NCBI GenBank assembly: GCA_963771885.1
Contig: CAVYVF010000012.1
Coordinates: forward strand, 1 to 14,827
Direction: 5' to 3'
From: Candidatus Bathyarchaeota archaeon
Lineage (GTDB): Archaea > Thermoproteota > Bathyarchaeia > TCS64
Length of the DNA: 14,827 nucleotides
Program-made: the position numbers and the translations under genes
Notes under the pieces: generated by a model
The model's database searches: none
The model's input: the letters and a program-made list of their open reading frames with translations, nothing else
What the model was told of the DNA's origin: nothing
Shown here: positions 1 through 8,961 of the stretch, in pieces
Layout of the letters: each line of letters starts with the position of its first letter
How positions within the stretch are numbered: the first letter of the stretch is position 1

Positions 1-538
1 CGGCCTTCATTGCGTTGCTGACGGTGATTATCTGCGTTGCCTCGTCGGCGGCGGCTTTCTCTATGTTTGTTACTATGTCTGAGCCCTTCCCGTTCGGTTC
101 TGCCCACTCGGTTGAGTGGACGTGGAAGACCCTGGGCATGTCTGAGCCGCTCTTAGCCATCAAGCCAGCTATTCCGCTCAGCCAGTCGTGGTAGCTGACT
201 AGGTCGAATTTTTTGCCCTCCTCAGCAATCAGGCCGTTCAGGGGCTGTTCTGCTGAGAGGATGTTGTAGAGGGCGATGTCGCTGAAGAATCTCAAACCGG
301 CTCCCCATTTCCTGAGGCTGTGATCGGCGAGCAGCTGGAATACGTTCTGGCGTCTGTGATGGTGGGGCGGTAAACGTCTCCTCCGTCTATGTTTCTTTGG
401 TCTTGAGTCCACCCTGTTTAGGGTGAAGACTGAGACCTCGTGGCCCATCTTGACAAGGCCGGGGGCCAATTGTGTGCGTATGTGCCAAATCCCCCAGCGG
501 TGTCGGTGGGTTTTCCCAGACCAATAATCCGATGTCAT
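1..538 (-). CDS. GT4 (GT-B) glycosyltransferase, N-terminal part, truncated by window start; frameshifted in this sequence
   Basis: Manual translation of the minus strand gives IGLLVWENPP..GGFGTYA..GLVKMGHEVSVFTLN, then RKWGAGLRFFSDIALYNILSA..FDLVSYHDWLSGIAG..VFHVHSTEW..IEKAAADEATQIITVSNAMK (Glyco_transf_4 motifs). ATG at 538 with AAGGTG upstream. Several 1-nt indels are needed to join the frames. Confidence 0.85.
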   Translation of the reverse strand, partial: MTSDYWSGKTHRHRWGIWHIRTQLAPGLVKMGHEVSVFTLNRVDSRPKKHRRRRRLPPHHHRRQNVFQLLADHSLRKWGAGLRFFSDIALYNILSAEQPLNGLIAEEGKKFDLVSYHDWLSGIAGLMAKSGSDMPRVFHVHSTEWAEPNGKGSDIVTNIEKAAADEATQIITVSNAMKA

Positions 539-557
539 CTTCAGCACCTTTCAGTTT

Positions 558-1783
558 TTACTCTTCGTTTCTTTTCGTTTTTAGCCTCGTTCTTCTTCCG
601 GGCTTCCAGGTTCCCTTTTCGTATTCTGTTAGTATTCGTGTTAGGTTCCGATGGTACTGCTGGCTATGGCGCCCCACTCATACGACTCTGCTCGAAGTTG
701 CGGCCTCGTCTCTGAGGCGGCGTGCGTATGCAGGGTCGGTGATGACTCTGCGGATGCCCCCCGCTATCGATTCGGGAGTGTTGTAGATGAATGTGGCGGT
801 TTTATCGTGCTCTAGGATCTCTCCTAGGCCACCTGCGCCTGTGGTCACTATGGGGGCGCCGGCGGCCATTGCTTCGAGGGCGACTATGCCGAATGGCTCG
901 TAGAGGCTCGGTATGACGCAAGCGTCTGCTGTTCTGAATAATCCTCTGATGGTCTCGGTTTCTAGGAAGCCAGTCACGTATACTCTCTAGGCTAGGCCGA
1001 GTTCGTTGACGCGACGGATAAGCTCCTCTTTGAGATATCCTTCGCCGACCACGATGAGTTTCATGTTTAGGTCTCGTAGGTGTTGGGTAGCCTCGATAAG
1101 GTTCTGGACTCCCTTCTCTTGGACGAGTCTGCCGACGTATAGCACGAGTTTCTCTTCGGGTGCGGCGAACTTGCTTCTGCTCTCCATTAAGTTGGTCGGT
1201 GCCTTGAATGGTTTGAGGTCTATTCCATTGGGGACTACATCGAGCCTGTAGTCTGAGGTTTTGAAGGCTGAGGTAATCTCTTTGGTCATGTACTTGCTGC
1301 AGCATATTACCCTCCACCCTCTTGGATCAGCCAGGACTCTGTGGAGCTCATACATCTGCTGGTACTCGTTGTGGACTCCGTTTCTCCTGCCATGCTCCCG
1401 TGGAGTGTATGGTCGCGGCGAGCGGTATTCGGAACATGTGCTTTAGACCGATGGAGGCGCTTGCGACGAGCCAGTCGTGTGCGTGTATCAGGTTGATCTT
1501 GTGCCTGGGGATTTAGGGAGGATGCTTGCCTCTTTCAGGTTCACGTTCATCATTGATACCCAGGTGGCGAAGTCGGGGGTCGGGTACCCGTAGGAGTCGA
1601 TGCGGTGAACCTCTACGCCGTCGACGTCCTCATCGCTTTCGGCGCCGGGGAAGTCGCAGGTGGCTACGTGTACCTCGACGCCCTTCTTCACGAGTGCGCG
1701 TGATAGCTCGTAAACGTGGGGTGCGATACCGCCGACTACTGCGGGCGGCATCTTGCCGCAAACAGCAGCATCAATACCCTCAC
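558..1783 (-). CDS. GT4 glycosyltransferase, full two-domain (~405 aa), possibly alpha-glucan/glycogen related; frameshifted in this sequence
   Basis: Joins ORFs 1488-1751, 987-1355 and 678-977 plus a C-terminal frame (ESYEWGAIASSTIG..RILTEYEKGTWKPG..*). Motifs VVGGIAPHV, HAHDW, YVGRLVQEKG, PSLYEPFGIVALEAMAAG (EX7E). GTG start at 1783 inferred from the right-arm copy. Confidence 0.9.
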
Positions 1784-1793
1784 GCTGGCGCGA

Positions 1794-2423
1794 TTATAAA
1801 CACACCTCCCTTGAGCGGCTGACGCGTAGCAGTCCAGCGTCTTCTTGATCTCATCTGGTTTTCCCGATGGAATGGCCACGACCTTCTCCTCGGGTGTGTT
1901 GTAGCCTTCGATGGGCAGCCTCCTCATCTGCTCGTTTTTAACGACGATGAGATCCAATTCGAGAATCCCCATCGCCTCTAGTCCCCTGAATGCAGGAGCT
2001 GAGCGCATAGGTTGAGCCGGGCTGAGCGCTGCTCCTCTAGGCTGTGAAGGGTGAAGACGAATGGGAGTCCGTGGGCTCTCTTGAGGCTGACGCCGGCTGG
2101 GACAAAGTGCCAATCCTGAACGTCTAGCACGTAGCCAGTGTCCGGTTTCTCGTAGTATATGTCGGAGACAATCCTCTCCATCTCTGCGTTGAAAGAGAGG
2201 CACCACGTCAACGCCGAATCTGTGACTTGACGGGGTTGGATGCCCAATAGATGTCTAGCAGTTCCCCCTTCTTTTCGTGTAGGAACCCGGAGTCATGGCA
2301 TGTGACGACTCGGACGGGGACTTCGCATTGTTAAGCCCTGTAGCTAAAGCTGTCTACGTAGTGGGATAGGTCGCCGACGATGTTCGGAGGGTACTCCCAC
2401 GTCAGTATCACTGGGGTCAACAT
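1794..2423 (-). CDS. Stand-alone GT4 N-terminal-domain protein (~208 aa), left copy, frameshifted
   Basis: Reverse complement of 13256-13881: M(L)TPVILTWEYPPNIVGDLSHY..VQDWHF..TLHSLEEQR..LIVVKNEQM..SAAQGRCV. Pieces appear in ORFs 1978-2247 and 1736-2206. Confidence 0.8.
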
Positions 2424-2437
2424 GGCTAACGAATCCG

Positions 2438-2703
2438 TTATGTATAGAGTTATGATACGCGGATAATGCCTCTGCCGGTGAGGTTATAGTAGCTTGGTCC
2501 CGGATTTCTCGGTGTATTCGAGATAGCCTGAGGCGAGCTGGCTCTAGATGATATCCTCAAGTTCCTCCCTATTCATCTCGGTCATTTCGACTAGCTCGTC
2601 GAGGGATTTTCCGGGTTTTCCCGACTACGGCACCGACGTTGTGTAGGAACACGAGTAGCTTCTGGTGGGATGTATGCTCGCCTCTGCTCATCTTACGGAT
2701 CAT
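2438..2703 (-). CDS. Small winged-helix-like protein, left copy (indels)
   Basis: Reverse complement of 12978-13241: MIRKMSRGEHTSHQKLLVFLHNVGAVVG.., with an extra base in a G/A run near 2620. Confidence 0.75.
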
Positions 2704-2769
2704 CTTTTGATTGGGATATTTAGGTTATGGACGCGGATGCTGTTGCGAGCGAGTATGGTAGTTAAAAGC

Positions 2770-2787
2770 TTATCAATCGATCGATAA
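2770..2787. promoter_or_regulatory. Imperfect 18-bp palindrome next to a TATA-like box upstream of the wHTH-GT4 operon (left copy)
   Basis: TTATCAATCGATCGATAA has one mismatched pair. On the minus strand it is followed by GCTTTTAAC. Identical in the right arm although the upstream flanking DNA is diverged. Confidence 0.6.
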
Positions 2788-2939
2788 TTGCTCCGCGAAA
2801 AATATATTATTAATCCATAAATCGTATACCTGCAATACAACTCTCTAGTTTTGTCGTAAGATCCATACTCCCAAATTACGACACCAGCAATGGGGTCGAA
2901 AGACCCCCATTATTCAAATCGCGCACACGATTTTACCAG

Positions 2940-3276
2940 GTAAGGCCAGAAAGGAGGCTACTGGAGAAGCTCGGCCTCACAATACGGGGCTTTGCGGTGG
3001 TGAACACCGCGATAAATGGGCTTCAGATACTCGGTCTGAGAACATCCAACTTGGCGACGGTTTCTTAATCGGCACGGCGCTGAAGCACGGCAAGCCATAA
3101 TCGTCACTAATGACTCACAGGTAATCAAGGCAACTTCAAGGTACGGGTTGATAACCCTGATCATGCCCAAAACAAGAAAGCCCCTATCGAAGTGGAAACC
3201 CGAAGCAGAGAGAAGCGCAGCGTGCGCTTTGATGAAAACGTGGACTACGCGGCTGCGCGTGCAACCGTGGGTATAA
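2940..3276 (+). pseudogene. PIN-domain (VapC-like) gene remnant, C-terminal part
   Basis: Frames join as ..VNTAINGLQ/ENIQLGDGFLIGTALKHG/IIVTNDSQVIKATSRYGLIT..RKPLSKWKPE. D-x5-TA..vTND fits the PIN C-terminal acidic motifs. At least two frameshifts; no N-terminus found. Ends approximate. Confidence 0.55.
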
Positions 3277-3331
3277 TTAGTATCTCTTCTCCACAATCCT
3301 TTATTCACTTATTTCAATTATTTCGACTAGG

Positions 3332-3736
3332 ATGTCCGCAGATCCAGGGGAAAAGTACTCAAAAGTACTCCGAGAAATCTTCGGCGGCTTCCCAGTCGGT
3401 GTCTGCGAACTCAGTTTATACGGTGATCGAATCATTTCTATTGACGATCAACTTTGCCGGATCACGGGTTACAGCAGGGATGAACTCGCGGAGATAAGCA
3501 TGGTGGATTTGCCGGTTCAAGCGTCTCTTGACACCTTCTTTACCCGCATGTTAAAGATCTTGAATGGGGAAGATGTCTGTAAAACTGCAAGGTACCGTAT
3601 TCTGGCTAAGAGTGGCGAGATAAAGACCTTGAAGACCCACCTACTGGATGTTTTCCATGACGAGGATGGTTACCCGAGTAGCACCCTCGTTGCCTATGCG
3701 GAGATCCCGGATGAAGCTCTGAAGAATAGAATATAG
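3332..3736 (+). CDS. Stand-alone PAS-domain protein
   Basis: 134 aa ORF with PAS signature FGGFPVGVCELS..RIISIDDQLCRITGYSRDEL..YRILAKSGEIK..DEDG; no output domain. Confidence 0.8.
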   Translation: MSADPGEKYSKVLREIFGGFPVGVCELSLYGDRIISIDDQLCRITGYSRDELAEISMVDLPVQASLDTFFTRMLKILNGEDVCKTARYRILAKSGEIKTLKTHLLDVFHDEDGYPSSTLVAYAEIPDEALKNRI

Positions 3737-3969
3737 CCCACGATTACTAATCCGTAGAATCTAATCTAAGGGATATTTCGTGCTCAAGTGCGCGCTTCGA
3801 TAATCGGTTATATTTGGATCTCTCTTTCGATTAATTGGCGGCGTTTAGTAGGTGCATCTCTTACCTAGAAGCCTCCGGGGACTCAATATTGTTCCGTAGC
3901 AGGGCAGAATAGAACGATTTTTGTCCTGTTGTACGATAGAAATATGTTAGAATTGTTTTCAAGTGGTTT

Positions 3970-4060
3970 TAGGAAGAGGTGGGGGATTTCTCCCCCTAAT
4001 CTTCTATTAGTATACGCCTACCCGAGGCGTGAATAGTACTGACTTATTCCCACCCCCAGT
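3970..4060 (-). ncRNA. Candidate structured non-coding RNA (unassigned)
   Basis: Stems GGGGGA-GAAA-UCCCCC (3996-3981) and ACGCCU-CGGGU-AGGCGU enclosed by CUAUU/AAUAG. The 5' GGGGGUG can pair with the 3' CACCUCU. TTCTTAAA (4090-4083) lies ~25 nt upstream. No convincing ORF. Confidence 0.35.
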
Positions 4061-4410
4061 TATACCCCTCTACTCTCCTAGGTTTAAGAAACTTGCAGAT
4101 CTATTGTTAGAACCTGGGATATCTTTCATCACCCTTTTTGTGCATGTTTAGTCAATTATCTTGTGTATTATACTATTTTTTCTAGTGTTTTAGTATTCGT
4201 TAGTTTATGAGGGATGTTTGTCTGCGACATAGAAACTTATACTTGTGATAGTGAATGCTTGAGACCCTGCCTTATTGTCATCATTATAGTAATATTGTTC
4301 AGGGGGAATATTCCAATACGCCTATAGGCTGATATCTTTCTCTTATGCGCGCGCGTTCTTTATACTCGATTTTCTTTTAGAAAATATTTTAAATCTGTTT
4401 TGAGTCGTGG

Positions 4411-5175
4411 ATGATGGGTATGACTTCAGCCTTTGTGAGACGTAGAGGTAGTTCGAGACTGCTTCTAATCGCTGTAGCTCTTATCATTATTCTCGCAACG
4501 AGTTACATTATCTATGCCAACATCATTGGACCCGAGGATAACACCAACCCTCCACCCACCCCAGATCCAGGCAAAAACAAGGAGACGCTAACGGACATAG
4601 AGGGAAACGTCTACCGCACCGTGAAGATTGGGAACCAGGTCTGGATGGCTGAGAACCTCAGGGTCACCAAGCTAAACGATGGAACTGATATCAAGCTGGT
4701 CACCAGGGGCTGGGGATTCACCACCTCCCCCGAGTTCTGCTGGTACGACTACGACCCCGCATACAAGGACACCTACGGCGCGCTCTACAACTGGCACGTC
4801 GTAGCCACGGGAAAGCTCGCCCCTCCAGGGTGGCATGTGCCCACCGAGGAAGATTGGAAGGAGCTAGCGGACTACCTAGGAGGAGTCTACGTCGCCGGTG
4901 GCAAGCTGAAGGAGAGGGGCACGGAGCACTGGAGGAGCCCAAACACCGGAGCCACCGACGCGTATAACTTCACTATGCTGCCGAGTGGCACTCAGAACTA
5001 TGATGGGTACGTCTTCTATGGTTCCGGGGAGGGCTGCAGGCTATGGTCGGCAGACGAGTATGATGCTGTGAATGCTTGGGCGAGGGCGATTGAATACGAT
5101 AGCGCTAAGATGGATGTCTTCTGGGCTCACAAGACCTATGGGCGCTCTGTCAGACTCGTCAAAGACTCGCCTTGA
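4411..5175 (+). CDS. Membrane-anchored FISUMP (Fib_succ_major) domain protein
   Basis: N-terminal basic + hydrophobic helix and Pro-rich linker, then TDIEGNVYRTVKIGNQVWMAENLR, YGALYNW, PPGWHVPTEEDW, WS, GRSVRLVKD, the characteristic FISUMP blocks. Confidence 0.9.
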   Translation: MMGMTSAFVRRRGSSRLLLIAVALIIILATSYIIYANIIGPEDNTNPPPTPDPGKNKETLTDIEGNVYRTVKIGNQVWMAENLRVTKLNDGTDIKLVTRGWGFTTSPEFCWYDYDPAYKDTYGALYNWHVVATGKLAPPGWHVPTEEDWKELADYLGGVYVAGGKLKERGTEHWRSPNTGATDAYNFTMLPSGTQNYDGYVFYGSGEGCRLWSADEYDAVNAWARAIEYDSAKMDVFWAHKTYGRSVRLVKDSP

Positions 5176-5339
5176 TGGTTTTAATGAGTCTTTTTTAATT
5201 TAATCGCGCGCCTCTTCTCCAGCGCGCGCGGTCTACGTGACTGAAGTCTGGAGGGAAAGCTTGCTGATCAGCTCATTCGAGTTCAGGACAACAGAATACT
5301 AACCATCGCGTGCACATATTTTGATGTACGGAATACACT

Positions 5340-5357
5340 TGTATACAAATGTAAACA
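5340..5357. promoter_or_regulatory. Operator-like motif, copy 1
   Basis: TGTATACA-AA-TGTAAACA, 66 nt upstream of ATG 5424, preceded by a partial third unit (AATACA-CT). Confidence 0.75.
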
Positions 5358-5423
5358 TCAATGATTTACCGCCACTTCTCTGAATAAAAAAACGCGCAAT
5401 GCGCATGCATCGGTGAGAGAAAA

Positions 5424-5681
5424 ATGAAGTGGAAATATGCTATCCAGTATGGACAGGTCAAGCCTGGCTGGACCTTCGAACAGATCGAAAAAGACATGGC
5501 GAAGTATAAGGCCGAGGTGGAGAAAAAGGGATTCAAAGTTGTGTTCTGGGGACACCCCTACGGTGTTACCGAGGGTATGATCACGGTTCTAGACGTAGAA
5601 GGCCACATGGACGATTATGTCAGCCTCAACGTTCCAGCGCCGTGGTTGGAAGGCCGAACAAATTTCGTCATGGTTCACTGA
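5424..5681 (+). CDS. Small hypothetical alpha/beta protein, WGxPY family (paralogue of 8962-9249)
   Basis: 85 aa, GGTGA ribosome site, T-rich tract downstream; segment KVVFWGHPYGVTEGMITVLDV. Confidence 0.85.
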   Translation: MKWKYAIQYGQVKPGWTFEQIEKDMAKYKAEVEKKGFKVVFWGHPYGVTEGMITVLDVEGHMDDYVSLNVPAPWLEGRTNFVMVH

Positions 5682-5732
5682 GGTAACTTTTCCTGTTTTT
5701 TCAGATAAGCATAGTACAAAGTTGGCGCGCTC

Positions 5733-6344
5733 TTACATAGTCTCTTCCCTGAGCTTCACCTGGGATCCACAGTTTTTACAGGCGTAGATGTTTCCTCCGA
5801 ACACCTGCTTCTTCTCCACGACGCAATCCCTGCATACTTGACCACAGCGGGGGCAGTGAAATGAGACCTTACCCCATTTAGGTGGCATACCACCACTGGC
5901 CTCCTTTAGCCTCAGATAGTCGGTGAAGAAGGTGTCGTAACAGTTACTACATGTCTTCGAGACAAGCTCGTCCCTTGGCTTATCCCCCTTAGCCATCCTG
6001 TCCACACAGCTCTTGCATGTTATGTATGCAAACTTGCCACATATCGAACAGTCTTGTCCATTCGCCTTCAAGCAGCTCTTGCACACGTATCCATCCGGGT
6101 TAAGTAATGACACGCAGTCCTGGCAGAGATCATATTTGCCACATTTCATGCATCGTATGCCGGCTCCGGGTTCAACCGCTTTGCCGCATTGCGGGCAATT
6201 GTGGCTTACAACGTCATGTCGCTGTACATCTGGTCTGACGAAGTTAAACAATGTGCTGCAGTTTTTACACCTATACTGGTCCGGCGCAGTAGAGGTTACG
6301 TGGGGGGATCCGCAGTAAGGGCAATTCACCTTCGAAACTGACAA
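5733..6344 (-). CDS. Cys-rich multi zinc-ribbon/zinc-finger protein
   Basis: 203 aa with 12 CxxC pairs and no CxxCH; TTG start with GAGGT upstream. Confidence 0.85.
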   Translation of the reverse strand: MSVSKVNCPYCGSPHVTSTAPDQYRCKNCSTLFNFVRPDVQRHDVVSHNCPQCGKAVEPGAGIRCMKCGKYDLCQDCVSLLNPDGYVCKSCLKANGQDCSICGKFAYITCKSCVDRMAKGDKPRDELVSKTCSNCYDTFFTDYLRLKEASGGMPPKWGKVSFHCPRCGQVCRDCVVEKKQVFGGNIYACKNCGSQVKLREETM

Positions 6345-6421
6345 GTATGGCTACCTCGCTGATTCTTCAGCTATTAACTGCTTATAACTTCTATTGCGCG
6401 CGGCACAGCGACACGTTGAAA

Positions 6422-6856
6422 TTAAGCCGCTATTTTATTCAGCTCGCTCTGGACGATGGCGGGCATTACTGGCCCGATGAAGAAGAATACTAGGAACCAG
6501 AGCAGCGAGTTGTCGTCTCTCTTCACGTATTCTGAAAAACCCTCACTGTATCGGTACAACCAGTATATGTTCGCAATTGGGATGAAAATGAGGATAGACG
6601 TTGGGATCTGTGCTCCCATGTCATTCATCTCGTGTTTAGTTTTGTACATCCAGTAGAGGAAGTAGATTCCAAAGGTTACGATTCCGAGGATATACACTAG
6701 CACTATGTTCCTCTTTGGAATAGGGTAGCGCATACGGGGGTTAGTTTCTGTTTGCTGTGGGGCTGATTCCACTCTGAAGCCGCATTTGGGGCAGTACACC
6801 GATTTGGCGTCGATCTCTGTACCACATTTTGAGCAATACTTTGTGTTTCTCTCCAT
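6422..6856 (-). CDS. Zinc-ribbon + DUF4234-like membrane protein
   Basis: YCSKCG..YCPKCG ribbon, then LGIVTFGIYFLYWMYK..E..YWLY..Q-ELN, typical of DUF4234. Confidence 0.85.
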   Translation of the reverse strand: MERNTKYCSKCGTEIDAKSVYCPKCGFRVESAPQQTETNPRMRYPIPKRNIVLVYILGIVTFGIYFLYWMYKTKHEMNDMGAQIPTSILIFIPIANIYWLYRYSEGFSEYVKRDDNSLLWFLVFFFIGPVMPAIVQSELNKIAA

Positions 6857-7022
6857 GGGAATCGCTTTTTCTATTTATTCGTGAGTATTAAAATGAGATC
6901 AGTCTAGTGTGGTATAATTTGACCTGTCATTCTCTGTGTCTCGTGCGTATGCGATGAGCCGCACTGGTGACGCGTGAGTATCTTAACATGCGTGTGAGCG
7001 CGAAATAATGTATGAATAGTTT

Positions 7023-7040
7023 TGTTTACATCTGTATACA
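7023..7040. promoter_or_regulatory. Operator-like motif, copy 2 (reverse orientation)
   Basis: TGTTTACA-TC-TGTATACA followed by TAC-TTTATTAA (TATA-like), in the divergent gap between 6856(-) and 7186(+). Confidence 0.75.
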
Positions 7041-7185
7041 TACTTTATTAATAATATTTCAATTAAAAAGTCCTATTCGATGATTCTGTGTTTCTTATAC
7101 GAGCGATGAGTTCGCGCATTGCTCGATTCTGGCACCGTTCCTTCGACAATTTGTTGTTGAATGTGGATTTCCCGAGGTTAATGAA

Positions 7186-8409
7186 ATGATGAATAATGGC
7201 GAAAAAAGGGTGGTTACAGCGCTTACACTAACGAACGTCGCTAGCCAACCTATGAGCATCCTAATTAGTCTACTTCTAATTGAGATAAGCCAAACTTACA
7301 ATGTATCGGTGGGATTAGCAGGGCATATAAAAACCCTATCCACTGGGATATCTATCTTAATTGCGTTATTAGTCGGCGCGTTAAGCATAAGATATAATCA
7401 TAAATCGCTCCTGTTACTAGGTCTAGCGTTTTTAGCAACCGCCGCATTAGGGTGCTATCTGGCTCCAAGTTTCGAGTTTCTGATAATTGCCTACTCTTTT
7501 ACAGGGATATCTTTTGCACTGATCTCTCCAATGAGTAGAACCCTGATAGGCGAATTGTTGCCCAGAGACAAGAGGGTGAACGCGATGGGAATGATCATCG
7601 CAGGATACGCCCTCGCATACCTATTCGGCTCACCAGCAATAGGATATTTAGCAGGTATAGGCGGTTGGAGATTTCCACTTATTACCCTAATTTTACCGAT
7701 AACGCTAATCGCAATGATTTATGCCTACATGATACTCCCAAAAAACGAGGTGGGGCCTAAAAACTCGTTAGGCTCCTTCAAAGTCGGATTCAGAGAGGTC
7801 CTGAGCAATCGATCTGCATTATCATGCCTTACAGGGGGATTGCTCGCGCAAATCTCGTTAATAATTATTTTAACATATAATGCATCTTACTTTCGGCAAG
7901 TCTTCGGCTTCTCGCTTGTCACAGCTTCCTTGCTATCCATAGGAACTGCATTATCCTACATCTCTGGCAGCATGATAAGCGGTAAGCTATCGGAGTCTTT
8001 AGGCGTTAAAAACCTGGCCGTAATAGCCACTTTTTTACTTGGGGCATCAACCCTCGTGTATCTTAATCTCCCCCTTCTATACCCCGCAATCGCGTTATGT
8101 TTTCTAGCCTGCTTCTCGGCGGGTACCTGGGACGCATCCTCAAGCACACTTACACTTGAACAAGTTCCTCAGTACAGGGGGACGACGATGCCGCTCAACT
8201 CCGCGTCAATGAACATGGGCGGGTTTTTAGGGGCAAGCTTGGGGGGGTTAATTCTTGTGGGTCTAGGATATGGGGGGATAGGAGTCTTATTGGGGGGGAC
8301 CGCAGTCATCGCTTCTGCTGTTTATAGGGTTTTCACGGTGGATCCAAAAAGGGCGGCGAAACTGGTACTTGTTGAGAAGAAAGAGAAGATTGTTGCCCCC
8401 ATTCAATAA
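7186..8409 (+). CDS. Major facilitator superfamily transporter
   Basis: 407 aa, about 12 hydrophobic segments; motif-A-like GALSIRYNHK and GKLSESLGVK; GWR after the motif-C region. Confidence 0.93.
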   Translation: MMNNGEKRVVTALTLTNVASQPMSILISLLLIEISQTYNVSVGLAGHIKTLSTGISILIALLVGALSIRYNHKSLLLLGLAFLATAALGCYLAPSFEFLIIAYSFTGISFALISPMSRTLIGELLPRDKRVNAMGMIIAGYALAYLFGSPAIGYLAGIGGWRFPLITLILPITLIAMIYAYMILPKNEVGPKNSLGSFKVGFREVLSNRSALSCLTGGLLAQISLIIILTYNASYFRQVFGFSLVTASLLSIGTALSYISGSMISGKLSESLGVKNLAVIATFLLGASTLVYLNLPLLYPAIALCFLACFSAGTWDASSSTLTLEQVPQYRGTTMPLNSASMNMGGFLGASLGGLILVGLGYGGIGVLLGGTAVIASAVYRVFTVDPKRAAKLVLVEKKEKIVAPIQ

Positions 8410-8491
8410 TAATTGCATTTGTGCGCGGTGTTCAGGCAGATAGTGACTCGAGTGTATTCGATTTAATGTCGCTGTATTTTCCGGGCTAGAA

Positions 8492-8509
8492 TGTGTACAC
8501 TTGTAAACA
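8492..8509. promoter_or_regulatory. Operator-like motif, copy 3
   Basis: TGTGTACA-CT-TGTAAACA, 85 nt upstream of ATG 8595. Confidence 0.7.
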
Positions 8510-8594
8510 TAGGTCATTAATGATTATACGAATAATAAAAATCGCCATACATGTGACGCGTGGATGGCAGCTACCTGTGAATTGGTGTATTGAG

Positions 8595-8876
8595 ATGAAG
8601 TTCATCGGATATTGGAAGTATGATGATCCCCAACTAGCAATCGACGCATGGAAAACCTCGCTGGATAAGAGAAATAAACACCCTGACAACTACCCGAAGA
8701 CAATATTTGGACCCTTTCAATTCAATGGCGGAACCAACGGCTTTACATGCTTCGAAGTTGACAAGCCCGAACAGATAACCTACCTCCAGACTGATTACGA
8801 AGGTGTGATGACGTGGGAGTTTTACCCAATCATCGAGAACCAGAAAACTGCTGAGATATACATGAAAAACAAGTAA
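8595..8876 (+). CDS. DUF3303-like small protein (93 aa)
   Basis: Start moved to ATG 8595 (GGTG at 8584-8587). MKFIGYW..GGTNGFTCFEVDKPEQI..WEFYPII resembles the DUF3303 pattern (recognised by eye). T7 tract downstream. Confidence 0.8.
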   Translation: MKFIGYWKYDDPQLAIDAWKTSLDKRNKHPDNYPKTIFGPFQFNGGTNGFTCFEVDKPEQITYLQTDYEGVMTWEFYPIIENQKTAEIYMKNK

Positions 8877-8893
8877 CGACCATTTATTTCTCC

Positions 8894-8941
8894 TTTTTTT
8901 ATAAATGCAAGCGTCGAGCTAGACGGGAGTCATAAAAAAAA
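8894..8941. terminator. Oligo-T terminators of two convergent genes
   Basis: T7 at 8894-8900 (+, after 8876) and A8 at 8934-8941 (T8 on minus, after 8962). Confidence 0.55.
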
Positions 8942-8961
8942 CGGCGACAGGCTAGTGTTAC

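Larger units (their letters stand above)
839..2916 (-). repeat. Left arm of a large inverted duplication (partner 12758-14827)
   Basis: Reverse complement aligns co-linearly with 12758-14827, from TGA(A/G)TA(A/T)TGGGGTCTTTCGACCCC through to GGCGCCCCCATAGTGACC at the window end. Roughly 90-95% identity by eye. Confidence 0.97.

Noticed and set aside
440..2206. Plus-strand and off-frame ORFs over the left arm (440-715, 472-786, 802-1317, 1006-1251, 1526-1822 etc.)
   Set aside because: Antisense or alternate-frame shadows of the GT4 genes.
3351..3370. Tandem AAAAGTACTC x2
   Set aside because: Short duplication inside the PAS coding start; no evidence of function.
2958..3497. ORFs 2958-3308 (-) and 3192-3497 (+)
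   Set aside because: No recognisable features; they overlap the PIN remnant and the PAS gene.
5040..5175. Diversity-generating retroelement acting on the FISUMP gene
   Set aside because: No template repeat or reverse transcriptase seen in the window.
5733..6344. Multiheme cytochrome
   Set aside because: No CxxCH motifs and no signal peptide.
8493..8594. N-terminal extension of ORF 8493-8876
   Set aside because: Overlaps the operator and AT-rich promoter; the GGTG site supports ATG 8595.
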